Counted from the stretch's first letter, positions 43,989 through 61,299 are shown. The stretch is 64,000 bases of DNA from Escherichia coli (GCF_003334815.1 NZ_QOWO01000009.1), one strand, 5' to 3'. Numbers and translations are program-made. The notes: generated by a model from the sequence alone, not told the origin.

Positions 43989-45180
43989 GCAACTCTGGCG
44001 CTGGCATGGCATAACCGGCGACGGCAATGCGCAAGATGGGATGCTATGGGCAGAGAGCCGTACTTTACTGCTTATGGCACTACAGCAACAGATGGTTACC
44101 CCACTAAGCCTGAAGCGAATCGCCATCAATTCTGCGCAGTGGCGAGGAGATAAAAGCGCGGAAGTCATTCATCAACTGGCGACGCTACTCAAAGCAGGGT
44201 TAACGCTTTCTGAAGGGCTGGCTCTGCTGGCGGAACAGCATCCCAGTAAGCAATGGCAAGCGTTGCTGCAATCGCTGGCGCACGATCTCGAACAGGGCAT
44301 TGCTTTTTCCAATGCCTTATTACCCTGGTCAGAGGTATTTCCGCCGCTCTATCAGGCGATGATCCGCACGGGTGAACTGACCGGTAAGCTGGATGAATGC
44401 TGCTTTGAACTGGCGCGTCAGCAAAAAGCCCAGCGTCAGTTGACCGACAAAGTGAAATCAGCGTTACGTTATCCCATCATCATTTTAGCGATGGCAATCA
44501 TGGTGGTTGTGGCAATGCTGCATTTTGTTCTGCCGGAGTTTGCCGCTATCTATAAGACCTTCAACACCCCACTACCGGCACTAACGCAGGGGATCATGAC
44601 GCTGGCAGACTTTAGTGGCGAATGGAGCTGGCTGCTGGTGTTGTTCGGCTTTCTGCTGGCGATAGCCAATAAGTTGCTGATGCGCCGACCGACCTGGCTT
44701 ATAGTGCGGCAGAAATTGCTGTTACGCATCCCGATTATGGGTTCACTGATGCGGGGACAAAAACTCACGCAGATCTTTACGATTCTGGCGCTGACACAAA
44801 GTGCAGGCATTACTTTTTTACAGGGCGTAGAGAGCGTCAGAGAAACAATGCGCTGCCCGTACTGGGTGCAACTTCTGACACAAATCCAGCACGATATCAG
44901 TAACGGTCAACCCATCTGGCTGGCGCTAAAAAATACCGGTGAGTTTAGCCCGCTCTGTTTGCAATTAGTGAGAACAGGAGAGGCATCCGGCTCTCTGGAT
45001 CTCATGTTAGACAACCTCGCCCATCATCATCGGGAAAACACAATGGCGCTGGCGGATAACCTCGCAGCCTTACTGGAACCGGCGTTGCTGATCATAACGG
45101 GAGGAATTATTGGTACGCTGGTGGTGGCAATGTATCTGCCAATTTTCCATTTAGGCGATGCGATGAGTGGGATGGGATAA
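43978..45180 (+). CDS. hofC: type IV pilus inner-membrane platform protein (GspF/PilC family)
   Basis: 400-aa ORF with duplicated GspF domains; overlaps the hofB end by 11 bp. Confidence 0.93.
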   Translation: MASKQLWRWHGITGDGNAQDGMLWAESRTLLLMALQQQMVTPLSLKRIAINSAQWRGDKSAEVIHQLATLLKAGLTLSEGLALLAEQHPSKQWQALLQSLAHDLEQGIAFSNALLPWSEVFPPLYQAMIRTGELTGKLDECCFELARQQKAQRQLTDKVKSALRYPIIILAMAIMVVVAMLHFVLPEFAAIYKTFNTPLPALTQGIMTLADFSGEWSWLLVLFGFLLAIANKLLMRRPTWLIVRQKLLLRIPIMGSLMRGQKLTQIFTILALTQSAGITFLQGVESVRETMRCPYWVQLLTQIQHDISNGQPIWLALKNTGEFSPLCLQLVRTGEASGSLDLMLDNLAHHHRENTMALADNLAALLEPALLIITGGIIGTLVVAMYLPIFHLGDAMSGMG

Positions 45181-45208
45181 CGCTGGCGTGTTGCTCCACG
45201 CCAGCGTT
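45181..45208. terminator. hairpin between convergent hofC and guaC (cgctggcgtg-ttgctc-cacgccagcg)
   Basis: Perfect 10-bp stem read in sequence; U-tracts are weak. Confidence 0.35.
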
Positions 45209-45214
45209 GGGAGA

Positions 45215-46258
45215 TTACAGGTTGTTGAAGATGCGGTTTTCTTGTTCCTGCACACGAATAAACGTGGTGCGCTTGGTCAGCTCTTTCAGGCGTGAAGCCC
45301 CAACGTATGTACAAGCTGAACGCAGGCCGCCCAAAATATCTCGCGCGGTATTTTCAACCGGGCCTCGCAGCGGCAGCTTAACGGTTTTACCTTCTGCTGC
45401 GCGATATTCCGCAACGCCGCCAACGTGACGTTTCATCGCAGACTCGGAGCTCATGCCGTAGAACAGCATAAATTTCTCGCCGTTCTCCTCAACGATGCGA
45501 CCGCCGCTCTCTTCGTGGCCCGCCAGCATGCCGCCAAGCATGACGAAATCGGCACCGCCGCCAAAGGCTTTCGCCACATCGCCCGGCGTGGTGCAGCCAC
45601 CATCGCTGACGATCATTCCGCCCAGACCGTGCGCAGCATCGGCACATTCGATTACCGCAGAAAGTTGCGGATAACCGACGCCTGTTTTGACGCGAGTTGT
45701 ACAAACAGAACCTGGGCCAATGCCAACTTTAACGATATCGGCACCTGAGAGGATAAGCTCCTCACACATTTCACCAGTCACTACGTTACCAGCACAAATG
45801 GTTTTGGTCGGCCACGCTTCACGCGCTTTCGCAACGAACTGCACGAAGTGTTCGGAATAACCATTCGCCACGTCAATACAAACGAAGTTTAATGCCGGGT
45901 TCAGGTCGAGAATCTGTTTAGTTTTTTCGAAATCCGCATCAGACGTACCGGTAGAAACCATCACATGTTTCAGCACATCAGCGGAAGAATTGTTGATAAA
46001 CGCTTGCCACTCTTCGACAGAATAGTGTTTATGCACAGCAGTCAAAATATCAAAAGAAGCCAGCGCAGAGGCCATAGAAAATGTGCCTACGGTGTCCATA
46101 TTTGCGGCGATAATCGGCACGCCGGACCAGCTCTGACCTGAATGTTTGAAGGTGAATTGACGTTCCAGTTCAACATCGGAACGGCTTTTAAGAGTGGAGC
46201 GTTTAGGGCGGATGAGAACGTCTTTAAAACCTAACTTCAGATCTTCTTCAATACGCAT
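45215..46258 (-). CDS. guaC: GMP reductase
   Basis: 347-aa ORF in the IMPDH/GMPR family ([29 protein letters not shown]...). Confidence 0.95.
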
Positions 46259-46482
46259 GTGCGGATTCCTGGGGTTAATGGCTATAAGGGTAAGAGCGCA
46301 ACTCCAGTGACGCTATCATACGCACTAATCAATGCGGCGCAAGACTGCGAAATTGTCTTTTTTTACGCTACAATCCCATAAATTTACCTGGTAAATAGTG
46401 AGCGAACGTTTCATCAATTTCGCTTTCGTGCACTCATTTTTAACGTTTTGATAATCATGATGAATTCCCGGGAATATAAATT

Positions 46483-47103
46483 ATGAGGTATATAGTTGCC
46501 TTAACGGGAGGCATTGGCAGTGGCAAGAGTACCGTTGCCAATGCGTTTGCTGATCTCGGAATTAACGTCATTGATGCCGATATTATTGCGCGTCAGGTGG
46601 TTGAACCAGGTGCACCTGCGCTACATGCCATTGCTGATCACTTTGGCGCTAACATGATTGCTGCTGATGGAACATTGCAGCGCCGGGCCTTGCGCGAGCG
46701 GATCTTCGCCAACCCGGAAGAGAAAAACTGGCTTAACGCCCTGCTGCATCCGCTGATTCAGCAAGAGACGCAACACCAGATCCAGCAAGCTACTTCCCCC
46801 TATGTACTGTGGGTTGTGCCATTGCTGGTAGAAAACTCACTGTATAAAAAAGCGAATCGAGTGCTTGTGGTGGATGTCAGCCCAGAAACGCAACTTAAGC
46901 GCACCATGCAGCGCGATGATGTAACTCGCGAGCATGTCGAACAAATCCTTGCTGCTCAGGCAACGCGCGAAGCCCGCCTTGCCGTGGCAGATGACGTCAT
47001 TGATAATAACGGCGCACCGGATGCTATCGCATCGGATGTTGCCCGCCTGCACGCACACTATTTGCAGCTTGCGTCGCAGTTTGTCTCACAGGAAAAACCG
47101 TAA
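46483..47103 (+). CDS. coaE: dephospho-CoA kinase
   Basis: 206-aa ORF with P-loop (GGIGSGKST). Confidence 0.95.
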
Positions 47104-47846
47104 TGCAGACCCAGGTCCTTTTTGAACATCCACTAAATGAAAAAATGCGTACATGGCTGCGCATTGAGTTTTTGATTCAGCAACTCACCGTTAATTTACC
47201 CATCGTTGACCACGCTGGCGCGCTGCATTTCTTCCGTAATGTCAGTGAATTACTGGATGTTTTCGAGCGCGGCGAAGTCCGCACTGAGCTGTTGAAAGAA
47301 CTTGACCGGCAGCAACGTAAACTCCAGACCTGGATTGGCGTGCCTGGCGTGGACCAGAGCCGTATTGAAGCATTAATTCAGCAGTTAAAAGCGGCGGGGA
47401 GCGTATTAATTTCCGCGCCGCGTATCGGGCAATTTCTGCGTGAAGATCGTTTGATTGCTCTGGTGCGTCAGCGACTGAGCATCCCAGGCGGCTGTTGCAG
47501 CTTTGATTTACCTACATTGCACATTTGGCTGCATCTACCCCAGGCGCAGCGCGACAGCCAGGTAGAAACCTGGATTGCCAGCCTGAACCCGCTCACCCAG
47601 GCACTTACCATGGTGCTGGATTTAATTCGCCAGTCGGCCCCCTTCCGTAAACAAACCAGCCTGAATGGTTTTTATCAGGATAACGGTGGCGATGCCGACT
47701 TGCTGCGCCTGAATCTGTCGCTCGATTCACAGCTTTATCCGCAAATTTCCGGACATAAGAGCCGTTTTGCCATTCGTTTTATGCCGCTGGACACTGAAAA
47801 CGGACAGGTACCGGAACGTCTGGATTTCGAACTGGCCTGTTGCTAA
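47103..47846 (+). CDS. zapD: cell division factor ZapD (FtsZ-associated)
   Basis: 247-aa ORF; start overlaps the coaE stop (TAATG). Confidence 0.9.
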
Positions 47847-47855
47847 GGAGTAAAA

Positions 47856-48053
47856 ATGTCAGAAACTATTACGGTGAATTGCCCAACCTGCGGGAAAACG
47901 GTGGTGTGGGGTGAAATCAGCCCGTTTCGGCCATTTTGCTCCAAACGTTGTCAGCTGATCGACCTCGGAGAATGGGCTGCTGAAGAAAAACGAATCCCCA
48001 GCAGTGGCGATCTTTCCGAAAGCGATGACTGGAGCGAAGAACCAAAGCAGTGA
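47856..48053 (+). CDS. yacG: DNA gyrase inhibitor YacG (zinc-ribbon protein)
   Basis: 65-aa ORF with four Cys (CPTCGK...CSKRCQ) and an acidic C-terminus. Confidence 0.9.
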
Positions 48054-48059
48054 CATTTG

Positions 48060-48268
<209 letters not shown>

Positions 48269-48272
<4 letters not shown>

Positions 48273-48658
48273 AGACGTTTAAGCTTCGCAATTACCGGTT
48301 CATTGGCTGGCGGAAAATCATCGGCATTAAGACCGACCAGCGACATCCACTCACCGGGTTGCCCTTCTTTACCCCACGGCTCCCCTTCCCAGCGTTCGAC
48401 CAGCCAAAACCACAGTGTTATATGCCTGTCCGGGAATTCATATTCCAGTTTTTCAAATAGCGAAAAATGTTGGGGGGTAATCCCGACTTCTTCCTGAAGT
48501 TCACGCACCACCGCCTGTTCCGGCGTTTCACCCATTTCAATTTTACCGCCGGGAAACTCCAGTTTATTCGCCATGTGCGCATCTGCTGCGCGACGCGTTA
48601 TAAAGATTTCATTGTTCTCGTTGCGAATAATACCTACCGCAATTTGCAGCTTTTTCAT
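48269..48658 (-). CDS. mutT: 8-oxo-dGTP diphosphatase (Nudix hydrolase)
   Basis: 129-aa ORF with Nudix box (GGKIEMGETPEQAVVRELQEEVG). Confidence 0.95.
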
Positions 48659-48671
48659 TGTCTTAAACCTA

Positions 48672-48701
48672 TAAAAAAGGCGCAGAATCCTGCGCCTTTT
48701 A
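48672..48701 (-). terminator. hairpin with U-tract downstream of secA (minus strand: aaaaggcgcag-gattc-tgcgcctttttt)
   Basis: GC stem followed by T-run on the minus strand between secA and mutT; could act as a partial terminator or attenuator. Confidence 0.4.
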
Positions 48702-48717
48702 CTTCAACAGTTAGCTT

Positions 48718-51423
48718 TTATTGCAGGCGGCCATGGCACTGCTTGTATTTTTTACCAGAACCGCACGGGCAAGGATCGTTACGTCCTACTTTGCGCTCTC
48801 CGGTTTGCGCCGCCAGTGCAGCTGCGGCTGCAGAGTCGTCATCCTGATGGCTAAGCTGCTGCATTTGCGCTAAACGCTCGGCTTCCATACGACGCTGTTG
48901 TTCCAGCTCCTCAACCTCTTCAGGCATACGTACCTGAACTTTGCTCAGCGTACTGATAACTTCATATTTCAACGACTCCAGCATCGCTGCAAACATGGAG
49001 AACGATTCACGTTTGTATTCCTGCTTCGGATCTTTCTGTGCGTAGCCACGCAGGTGGATACCCTGACGCAGATAGTCCATCGCTGCCAGGTGCTCTTTCC
49101 ACAGGGAGTCAAGCGTTTGCAGCATGACGCCTTTCTCGAAGTGACGCATCATCTCAGCACCAACCACTTCTTCTTTACGCTGATACACTTCGATGGACTG
49201 CGCCAGAATGCGCTCACGCAGCGTCTCTTCATGCAGTTCTGGTTCTTTATCCAGCCACTCGGCAATTGGCAAATCGAGGTCGAAATCGTTCTTCAGACGT
49301 TCCTGCAGCCCCGGAATATCCCACATTTCTTCCAGCGACTGTGGTGGAATGTAGGCATCAATGGTCGCTTTGAACACATCTTCACGAATGCTGTTAATGG
49401 TTTCGCTCACATCGCTGACATCCAACAGTTCGTTACGCTGGGAGTAAATGGCGCGACGCTGATCGTTAGCCACGTCATCATATTCCAGCAGTTGCTTACG
49501 AATGTCGAAGTTACGGCTTTCAACTTTACGCTGGGCGTTGGCAATCGCTTTAGTCACCCACGGGTGTTCAATGGCTTCGCCTGGCTTCATACCCAGTTTA
49601 CGCATCATGCCGGATACTCGGTCGGAAGCAAAAATACGCATCAGCGCATCTTCCATCGACAGGTAGAAACGGGAAGAACCAGCATCCCCCTGACGACCAG
49701 AACGACCGCGCAACTGGTTATCGATACGACGGGATTCGTGACGCTCGGTACCGATGATATGCAGGCCACCTGCTTCCAGTACCGCATCGTGACGTACCTG
49801 CCAGTCGGCTTTAATTTTTTCAATTTGCTCTGCGGTCGGATTTTCCAGCGCGGCAACTTCTGCCTGCCAGCTACCACCGAGCACAATATCTGTACCACGA
49901 CCCGCCATATTGGTCGCGATAGTCACCGCAGCCGGATAACCTGCCTGAGCAACAATCGCCGCTTCGTTGGCGTGGAATTTGGCGTTCAGGACGTTGTGCT
50001 TAATACCGGCTTTGGTCAGTTCGTTTGACACCAGCTCCGATTTTTCGATGGAGATAGTACCCACCAGCACCGGCTGGCCTTTCGCAGTACGTTCTTTGAT
50101 ATCTTCAATGATCGCCTGAATTTTTTCCGCTTCAGTCATGTAGACCAGGTCCGGCAGATCTTTACGAATCATTGGACGGTTGGTCGGAACAACGACGGTA
50201 TCCAGCTTGTAGATTGAGCTAAATTCGAAAGCTTCGGTATCAGCAGTACCGGTCATCCCCGCCAGTTTTTCATACAGACGGAAGTAGTTCTGGAAGGTGA
50301 TCGAAGCCAGCGTTTGGTTTTCGTTCTGGATCTGCACACCTTCTTTCGCTTCCACAGCCTGGTGCAGACCATCGGACCAGCGACGGCCCTGCATGGTACG
50401 ACCGGTGTGTTCGTCAACGATGATAACTTCACCATCTTTAACGATGTAGTCGACGTCACGGGTAAACAGCGCATGAGCGCGCAGCGCCGCCGTTACGTGG
50501 TGCATCAGCATGATGTTGGCCGGAGAGTACAGAGACTCCCCTTCATCCATGATGCCCTCTTTCACCAGCAGTTCTTCAATCAGCACCAGACCACGTTCGG
50601 TCAGGTTCACCTGGCGAGATTTTTCGTCCACCGAGAAGTGGCCTTCGCCCTGGAAGGTTTCGGAGTCTTCTTTTTCCTGACGGATCAGGTGCGGAATAAT
50701 TTTATTCACGCGTTTATACATTTCCGAGCTGTCTTCTGCCGGGCCGGAAATGATCAGCGGTGTACGCGCTTCATCGATCAGGATGGAGTCCACTTCGTCC
50801 ACCAGCGCATAGTGCAGTTTACGCTGTACACGTTCTTCAGGGCTGAACGCCATGTTGTCGCGCAGGTAGTCAAAGCCGTATTCGTTGTTCGTACCGTAAG
50901 TGATGTCAGCTGCGTAAGCTTCGCGCTTTGCCGGTGCTGGCATGCCCGGCAGGTTGATACCGACAGTCAGGCCAAGGAATTCAAACAGCGGACGGTTGTT
51001 TTCGGCGTCACGTTGCGCCAGGTAGTCGTTGACGGTAACTACGTGCACGCCTTTACCGGTTAGTGCGTTCAGGTAAGCAGGCAGCGTTGCGGTCAGGGTT
51101 TTTCCTTCACCGGTACGCATTTCGGCGATGCAGCGTTCGTTAAGAACCATACCGCCGAGTAACTGAACGTCGAAGTGACGCATACCAAAGACGCGCTTAC
51201 TTGCCTCACGTACCACGGCGAAAGCTTCCGGGATCAGATTTTCCAGCACTTCGCCTTTTTCCAGACGTGCACGAAACTCTGCGGTTTTCCCTTTCAGTTC
51301 TTCGTCGGAGAGTTTTTCCATCTCCGGTTCCATGGCATTGATGATGTTGACCACTTTGCGCATCCGGCGCAGGGTGCGATCGTTACGACTACCGAAAACT
51401 TTAGTTAACAATTTGATTAGCAT
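48718..51423 (-). CDS. secA: preprotein translocase ATPase SecA
   Basis: 901-aa ORF with DEAD-like motor domains and C-terminal zinc-binding [14 protein letters not shown]. Confidence 0.97.
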
Positions 51424-51484
51424 AATAAAATCTCAAACGCCCCGCGTTGCGGAGTTAATAAAATGAAGTAAAGGTTTATTGTTG

Positions 51485-52165
<681 letters not shown>

Positions 52166-52227
52166 TCACCTGGCCGGAGAGAGTGCCAGATTTGCCAGTC
52201 GAATTTTATACGACAGTATAAATGTCG

Positions 52228-53166
<939 letters not shown>

Positions 53167-53245
53167 CTATCCAACCGAAGTGTACTATACATTCGGCGGG
53201 CCAGTTTAGCACAAAGAGCCTCGAAACCCAAATTCCAGTCAATTC

Positions 53246-54397
53246 TTAATCAGCTTGCTTACGCAGGAATGCTGGGATATCCAGATAATCCGGCTCTTTC
53301 GCAGTTTGCGGCGCATTGTCATTCACGACTTTAGCAACCGGCTTCTGCTCCTGGGTCAGCGGAGCCATCCCATGCTGCTGGTAGCGATCCATCACTGGCT
53401 GCTGAACCTGCTTATTGGTCACCAGAGTGATTTCAGGACGTTTGTCCATGCCGATACCTGTCGCAACAACGGTTACGCGCAGCTCGTCATTCATATCCGG
53501 GTCAAGAGAAGTACCGATAACCACAGTCGCGTTGTCGGAAGCAAATGCACGGATGGTGTTACCTACCGTTTCGAACTCATCCAGACGCAGGTCGAAGCCC
53601 GCCGTGATGTTAACCAGCACGCCGCGCGCGCCAGACAGGTCGATATCTTCCAGCAGCGGAGAAGAGATAGCCATTTCAGCAGCTTCTTCCGCACGGTCTT
53701 CACCGCTCGCCACGCCAGAACCCATCATTGCGTAGCCCATCTCAGACATTACGGTGCGTACGTCTGCAAAGTCCACGTTCATCAAACCCGGACGAGTAAT
53801 CAGTTCAGCGATACCTTGCACAGCGCCTTTCAGTACATCGTTCGCTGCGCCAAACGCATCCAGCAGGGAGATACCGCGGCCCAGAACTTTCAGCAGTTTG
53901 TCGTTCGGGATAGTGATCAGAGAGTCCACATGCTTGGACAGTTCAGTGATCCCCTGCTCCGCGAATGCCATACGCTTCTTGCCTTCAAAGTTGAAAGGCT
54001 TAGTGACGACAGCAACGGTCAGGATACCCAAATCTTTTGCCACTTCAGCGACGACTGGTGCTGCACCTGTACCGGTACCACCACCCATACCCGCAGCAAT
54101 AAAGACCATGTCTGCACCTTCCAGCGCCGCACGCAATGCATCGCGATCCTCATCAGCCGCATTGCGGCCAACTTCTGGATTAGCGCCAGCGCCCAGTCCT
54201 TTGGTGATACCGCTACCGATTTGAATCGTCTGTCCAACCGCTGTTTTACGCAGCGCTTGTGCATCGGTATTTACCGCGAAGAATTCAACACCTTCAATGC
54301 GCTCGCGCACCATGTGTTCAACAGCATTACCGCCGCCGCCGCCGACGCCGATGACTTTAATCACCGCGTCATTGGTAAGTTCCATTGGTTCAAACAT
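53246..54397 (-). CDS. ftsZ: cell division GTPase FtsZ
   Basis: 383-aa ORF with the tubulin signature GGGTGTG. Confidence 0.98.
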
Positions 54398-54457
54398 AGT
54401 TTCTCTCCGATTTGTGCCTGTCGCCTGAGGCCGTAATCATCGTCGGCCTCATAAAAA

Positions 54458-55720
54458 TTAAAACTCTTTTCGCAGCCAACTATTGAGTCGCTTGATCCAC
54501 GAGCCAACTGATGCTGTAACACGTTTTTCTACTTCAGCTTCACCGTTAAGATGTGACTCTTTCCCATAGTGAAGCAATCCCACCGCCGTCGAATAATACG
54601 GCTCCTGAGCATAATCCGTTAAACCGGTAATGTTCAGCGGCGCGCCGATACGCACTTGCGTATGAAACACGCGCTGAGCACAGGCTGCAAGACCTTCGAT
54701 CTGCGCTGCGCCACCGGTTAATACAATGCCTGCCGCCAGGTGATGTTTAACCCCTTGTTGGCGAAGCTTTTCCTGCAACTGCAATATCTCTTCGTTGACC
54801 AGGTTGAGCAGCTCGGTATAGCGCGGCTCGATCACCTCTGCCAGTGTCTGACGTTGCAGACTCCGTGGCGGACGACCACCTACGCTCGGCACTTCCACGC
54901 TCTCATCTTTTCCAACGATGGAACCCAGCGCACAACCGTGGCGAACTTTAATCGCTTCGGCGTCGCTTGGCGGCGTGCCAAAGGCGTAAGCGATATCACT
55001 GGTCACGACATTGCCAGCATAAGGAATTACCTTAGTGTGGCGCAATGCCCCACCGGTATAAACGGCGATATCCATTGTACCACCACCGATATCGACGACG
55101 CAGACACCCAGTTCACGTTCATCTTCCGTCAATACCGAATAACTTGATGCCAGTCCGGCAAATATCAGTTGGTCAACTTTCAGCCCACAACGTTCAACCG
55201 CTTTGACGATGTTTTTCGCCATATCGTTGTGACATGTGATCAGGTGCACTTTTGCCTGCATCCGCACGCCCGAAAGTCCTACCGGATTCTTGATCCCTTC
55301 CTGATAGTCAATCGCATACTCTTGCGGGATCACATGCAGCACACGATGCTCATCGCGCACACGCACCGATTTCGCGGTATGGACGACGTTTTCCACATCT
55401 TCTTGCGTCACTTCTTCTTCAGAAATAGGCACCATACCAATTTCATTCTGGCAGCTGATGTGCTTACCAGAAAGCGCCAGATATACCGAAGAGATCTGAC
55501 AATCTGCCATCAATTCTGCCTGGTCAATGGCGCGTTGTACGCACTTGACCACGGATTCGAGGTCGTTCACCCCGCCTTTATCCATACCACGCGACGGGCA
55601 GCTGCCCACGCCAATGATATTGACCATACCGTCGGGCAGAACTTCCCCTACTAAAGCGGCAACCTTCGCGGTACCAATCTCCAGTCCTACTACCAGTTTT
55701 CTGTCCGTCGCCTTGATCAT
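54458..55720 (-). CDS. ftsA: cell division protein FtsA (actin-like ATPase)
   Basis: 420-aa ORF matching FtsA. Confidence 0.97.
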   Translation of the reverse strand: MIKATDRKLVVGLEIGTAKVAALVGEVLPDGMVNIIGVGSCPSRGMDKGGVNDLESVVKCVQRAIDQAELMADCQISSVYLALSGKHISCQNEIGMVPISEEEVTQEDVENVVHTAKSVRVRDEHRVLHVIPQEYAIDYQEGIKNPVGLSGVRMQAKVHLITCHNDMAKNIVKAVERCGLKVDQLIFAGLASSYSVLTEDERELGVCVVDIGGGTMDIAVYTGGALRHTKVIPYAGNVVTSDIAYAFGTPPSDAEAIKVRHGCALGSIVGKDESVEVPSVGGRPPRSLQRQTLAEVIEPRYTELLNLVNEEILQLQEKLRQQGVKHHLAAGIVLTGGAAQIEGLAACAQRVFHTQVRIGAPLNITGLTDYAQEPYYSTAVGLLHYGKESHLNGEAEVEKRVTASVGSWIKRLNSWLRKEF

Positions 55721-56547
55721 TGTTGTTCTGCCTGTGCCTGATTTTGTTGCTGAGTAGATTCCTCTGGCGGCAAGGGCGCCCAGCCTACTGCCGCTCCAGA
55801 GTCATAACGCAAATCAACGTAGCTAATCCGTTTGCCATCGGTTTGCGCCTGCTGCTGTAAAACCGGATAAAGTTCTACAAAGCGAGCCAAACGTTTCATC
55901 GTATCGCCCCGGCCAAGATTGAGCTTAATATCGTTATTCAGCGTCAACTGCCAGGAACGCCGCGCGGTCATCGCCGCTTCCTTCAGAGTAAATCTGTCCT
56001 TTGCCAGCATCTGCCCCATTTCGCGATAGCCCTGCAACACTTCATTGGCGCTGCCTTCCGGGCCATACAGCATTGGAAGCACCTGCTTGCTGGTGCGTTC
56101 TGGCGGCACGCTGAAGGTATTTCCTTCCGCGTCTACCATATGTTGATCATTCCACCGCGCAATCGGCACATATTCAACCAGATGAATCTTCAATTCATCA
56201 GGCCACTGCTTTCTGACGCTCACCTGCTTAATCCACGGCAGGCGTTGTTCTATTTGCGTCTGGATGATGTTGACATCCTGGGTCATAAAGGTACCCGGCT
56301 CACCCAATGCCAGGATCGACTGCCGGATATCGTCATTACGTGTGTAATGGCGTTCACCGGTCAACACCAGCTTTGAGAGCGGCAGGCGTTGCGCATCTTC
56401 CATCCAGCCCAACACGACCCAGCCGCTCACCAACACTGTCGTTAAAACGGTCAGCAGGAAAAGGATCCCCGCCAGACGCGTTCCATTATTGCGGCGAGAA
56501 GAAACCTCTTCTTCGCTGTTTCGCGTGTTCAGAGCAGCCTGCGACAT
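55717..56547 (-). CDS. ftsQ: cell division protein FtsQ
   Basis: 276-aa ORF with a single TM segment and POTRA domain; overlaps the ftsA start by 4 bp. Confidence 0.95.
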   Translation of the reverse strand: MSQAALNTRNSEEEVSSRRNNGTRLAGILFLLTVLTTVLVSGWVVLGWMEDAQRLPLSKLVLTGERHYTRNDDIRQSILALGEPGTFMTQDVNIIQTQIEQRLPWIKQVSVRKQWPDELKIHLVEYVPIARWNDQHMVDAEGNTFSVPPERTSKQVLPMLYGPEGSANEVLQGYREMGQMLAKDRFTLKEAAMTARRSWQLTLNNDIKLNLGRGDTMKRLARFVELYPVLQQQAQTDGKRISYVDLRYDSGAAVGWAPLPPEESTQQQNQAQAEQQ

Positions 56548-56548
56548 A

Positions 56549-58937
<2,389 letters not shown>

Positions 58938-58990
58938 TCTTTACGCCATTAACTTCTTAAATTCATACGATGCAAAAGGCATCGCTACAA

Positions 58991-60058
58991 TTACGCCCGG
59001 GCAACCCGGCTCACTTCATTTGCCACTCGCTCGGTGGCATCCGGAATGGATGCAGCGCGGGCGCGTTCTGCCATGGTTAATAAGGTTTCTCGCGACCACC
59101 CGGCCAGGGTGTTGGCGACAGCATCCACGCTAAGCTGTGGCTGCTCGATAATTTTGGCTGCGCCCGCTTTTTCCAGCGGTAGCGCATTCCAGTATTGCTG
59201 GCGGTCTTTATGTTGAAACGGCACAAACAACGCCGGTAGTCCTGCCGCGGCGATTTCACTCACCGTTAACGCACCGGAGCGGCAAACGACGACATCCGCC
59301 CACGCATACGCCGCCGCCATATCATCAATAAATTCCGTCACTTTATGCTGCGGTTGCCCCGCTTCGGCATACGCCTGTTCAACGGATTGTTGCGAACCTT
59401 TGCCGCTCTGATGCCAGATAGTGACTGAATCACCCAGTTTCGCAGCAACCTGCGGCATTGTCTGGTTAAGAATGCGTGCGCCCTGAGAACCACCCACTAC
59501 CAGCACACGAACCGGACCTTCACGTCCAGCCAAACGTTGCTGCGGCAACGGCAGCGCCAACACATCGGTACGCACCGGGTTACCCACTACTTCCGCATTA
59601 GGGAAAGCACCTGGAAACGCCTGCATCACTTTGGTGGCAATCTTCGCCAGCCATTTATTGGTTAAGCCCGCAATACCGTTTTGTTCATGAAGTACAACCG
59701 GAATGCCTAACGACCACGCGGCCAGACCACCTGGACCTGACACGTAGCCTCCCATACCGAGCACCACGTCAGGTTTGTACGCTTTCATAATCGCCCGCGC
59801 CTGACGCCAGGCGTTGAAGATACGCAGCGGGGCAGCTATCAGTGCTTTTATACCTTTTCCACGCAGACCAGAGATACGAATGAAATCAATTTCGATGCCA
59901 TGTTTTGGCACTAAGTCCGCTTCCATACGGTCGGCAGTCCCCAGCCAGCGAACTTGCCAACCCTGAGCCATTAGATGGTGCGCAACCGCCAGTCCCGGGA
60001 ATACATGTCCACCGGTTCCGCCTGCCATCACCATTAATCGCTTTCCTTGACCACTCAT
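58991..60058 (-). CDS. murG: UDP-GlcNAc:undecaprenyl-PP-MurNAc-pentapeptide GlcNAc transferase
   Basis: 355-aa ORF matching MurG. Confidence 0.97.
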
Positions 60059-61299
60059 CGTGAACCTCGTACAAACGCCTGCGCTTTCTCCAGACGCGTT
60101 TCATAATCAATACGCAACAGCATCATGATGGCTGTCGACATAATCAGTAAGCTCGAACCACCGTAACTGATCAGCGGCAATGTCAGACCTTTGGTCGGTA
60201 ACATCCCCGCCGCCGCGCCTACGTTAACCAGCGCCTGGAAGCTAAACCAGATGCCAATAGAACAGGCGAGAAAACCGGAAAAACGGTGGTCAATTTCTAA
60301 TGCTTTACGGCCAATCGACATCGCGCGAAAAGCGACGAAGAATACCATTAAAAGTGCCAGCACCACACCGACATACCCCAGTTCTTCGCCGATAATGGCG
60401 AAAATAAAGTCAGTGTGCGCTTCCGGCAGATACTCCAGTTTTTGTACCGAGTTACCTAAACCTTGCCCCCAAAGTTCGCCGCGACCAAACGCCATCAGCG
60501 ATTGCGTTAACTGATAGCCGCTGCCAAAGGGATCTTCCCACGGGTTCCAGAATGCGGTAACACGGCGGATACGGTACGGTTCGGCGAGTATCAGCAACAC
60601 AACCGCTGAAATGCCCATACCGATAATGGCAATGAACTGCCACAATTTCGCTCCCGCCAGGAACAACATCGCCAGCGTAGTCACAAACAACACCACCACC
60701 GTACCAAGGTCTGGCTGTGCCAGCAGTAACACTGCCAACACCAGAATCACGCCCATCGGTTTCAGGAAGCCGCGCAGGTTATTACGTACTTCGTCGCCTT
60801 TACGCACCAGATAGTTGGCGATATAGCAAAACAGCGACAGTTTTGTCAGCTCCGCAGGCTGGATACGCAGCAAACCGAGATCGATCCAACGCGATGCCCC
60901 TTTAACCGAGCTACCCACTACCAGGACGATCATCAGCAGGATGATAGATCCGAGCAGCATCGTGGCACTGTAGCGTTGCCAGAACTCCATCGGCAGACGC
61001 AGCGTAATGATCGCCAGAATAAACGCCAAAATCAGATAGACACCATCACGCTTCGCGAAGAAGAACGGATCGTTGGTTAAGCGTTGCCCTATGGGCATTG
61101 ACGCCGAGGTCACCATGATAAAGCCAATCGCCGCGAGGCCGAAGGTCAGCCACAGTAAGGTGCGATCGTACATGATCAGGCTGTCGGTATCTTTTTCCCG
61201 CGAGCCCATCACCCAGCCCTTTAGCGCCGTGGAGATCCAGACCAGGATACTGAATCCTGGCAGGCGCGGCATTTTCAGGCGAGGGAGAGATAAACGCAT
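60055..61299 (-). CDS. ftsW: SEDS-family peptidoglycan glycosyltransferase / cell division protein FtsW
   Basis: ORF 60055..61302; 414 aa from the second Met; polytopic membrane protein; overlaps murG by 4 bp. Confidence 0.95.

Noticed and set aside
48898-51063. 376-aa and 249-aa plus-strand ORFs
   Set aside because: Antisense to secA.
53255-54436. 393-aa plus-strand ORF
   Set aside because: Antisense to ftsZ over its whole length; translation is low-complexity (Arg/His/Thr-rich) with no recognisable domain; not called as a CDS.
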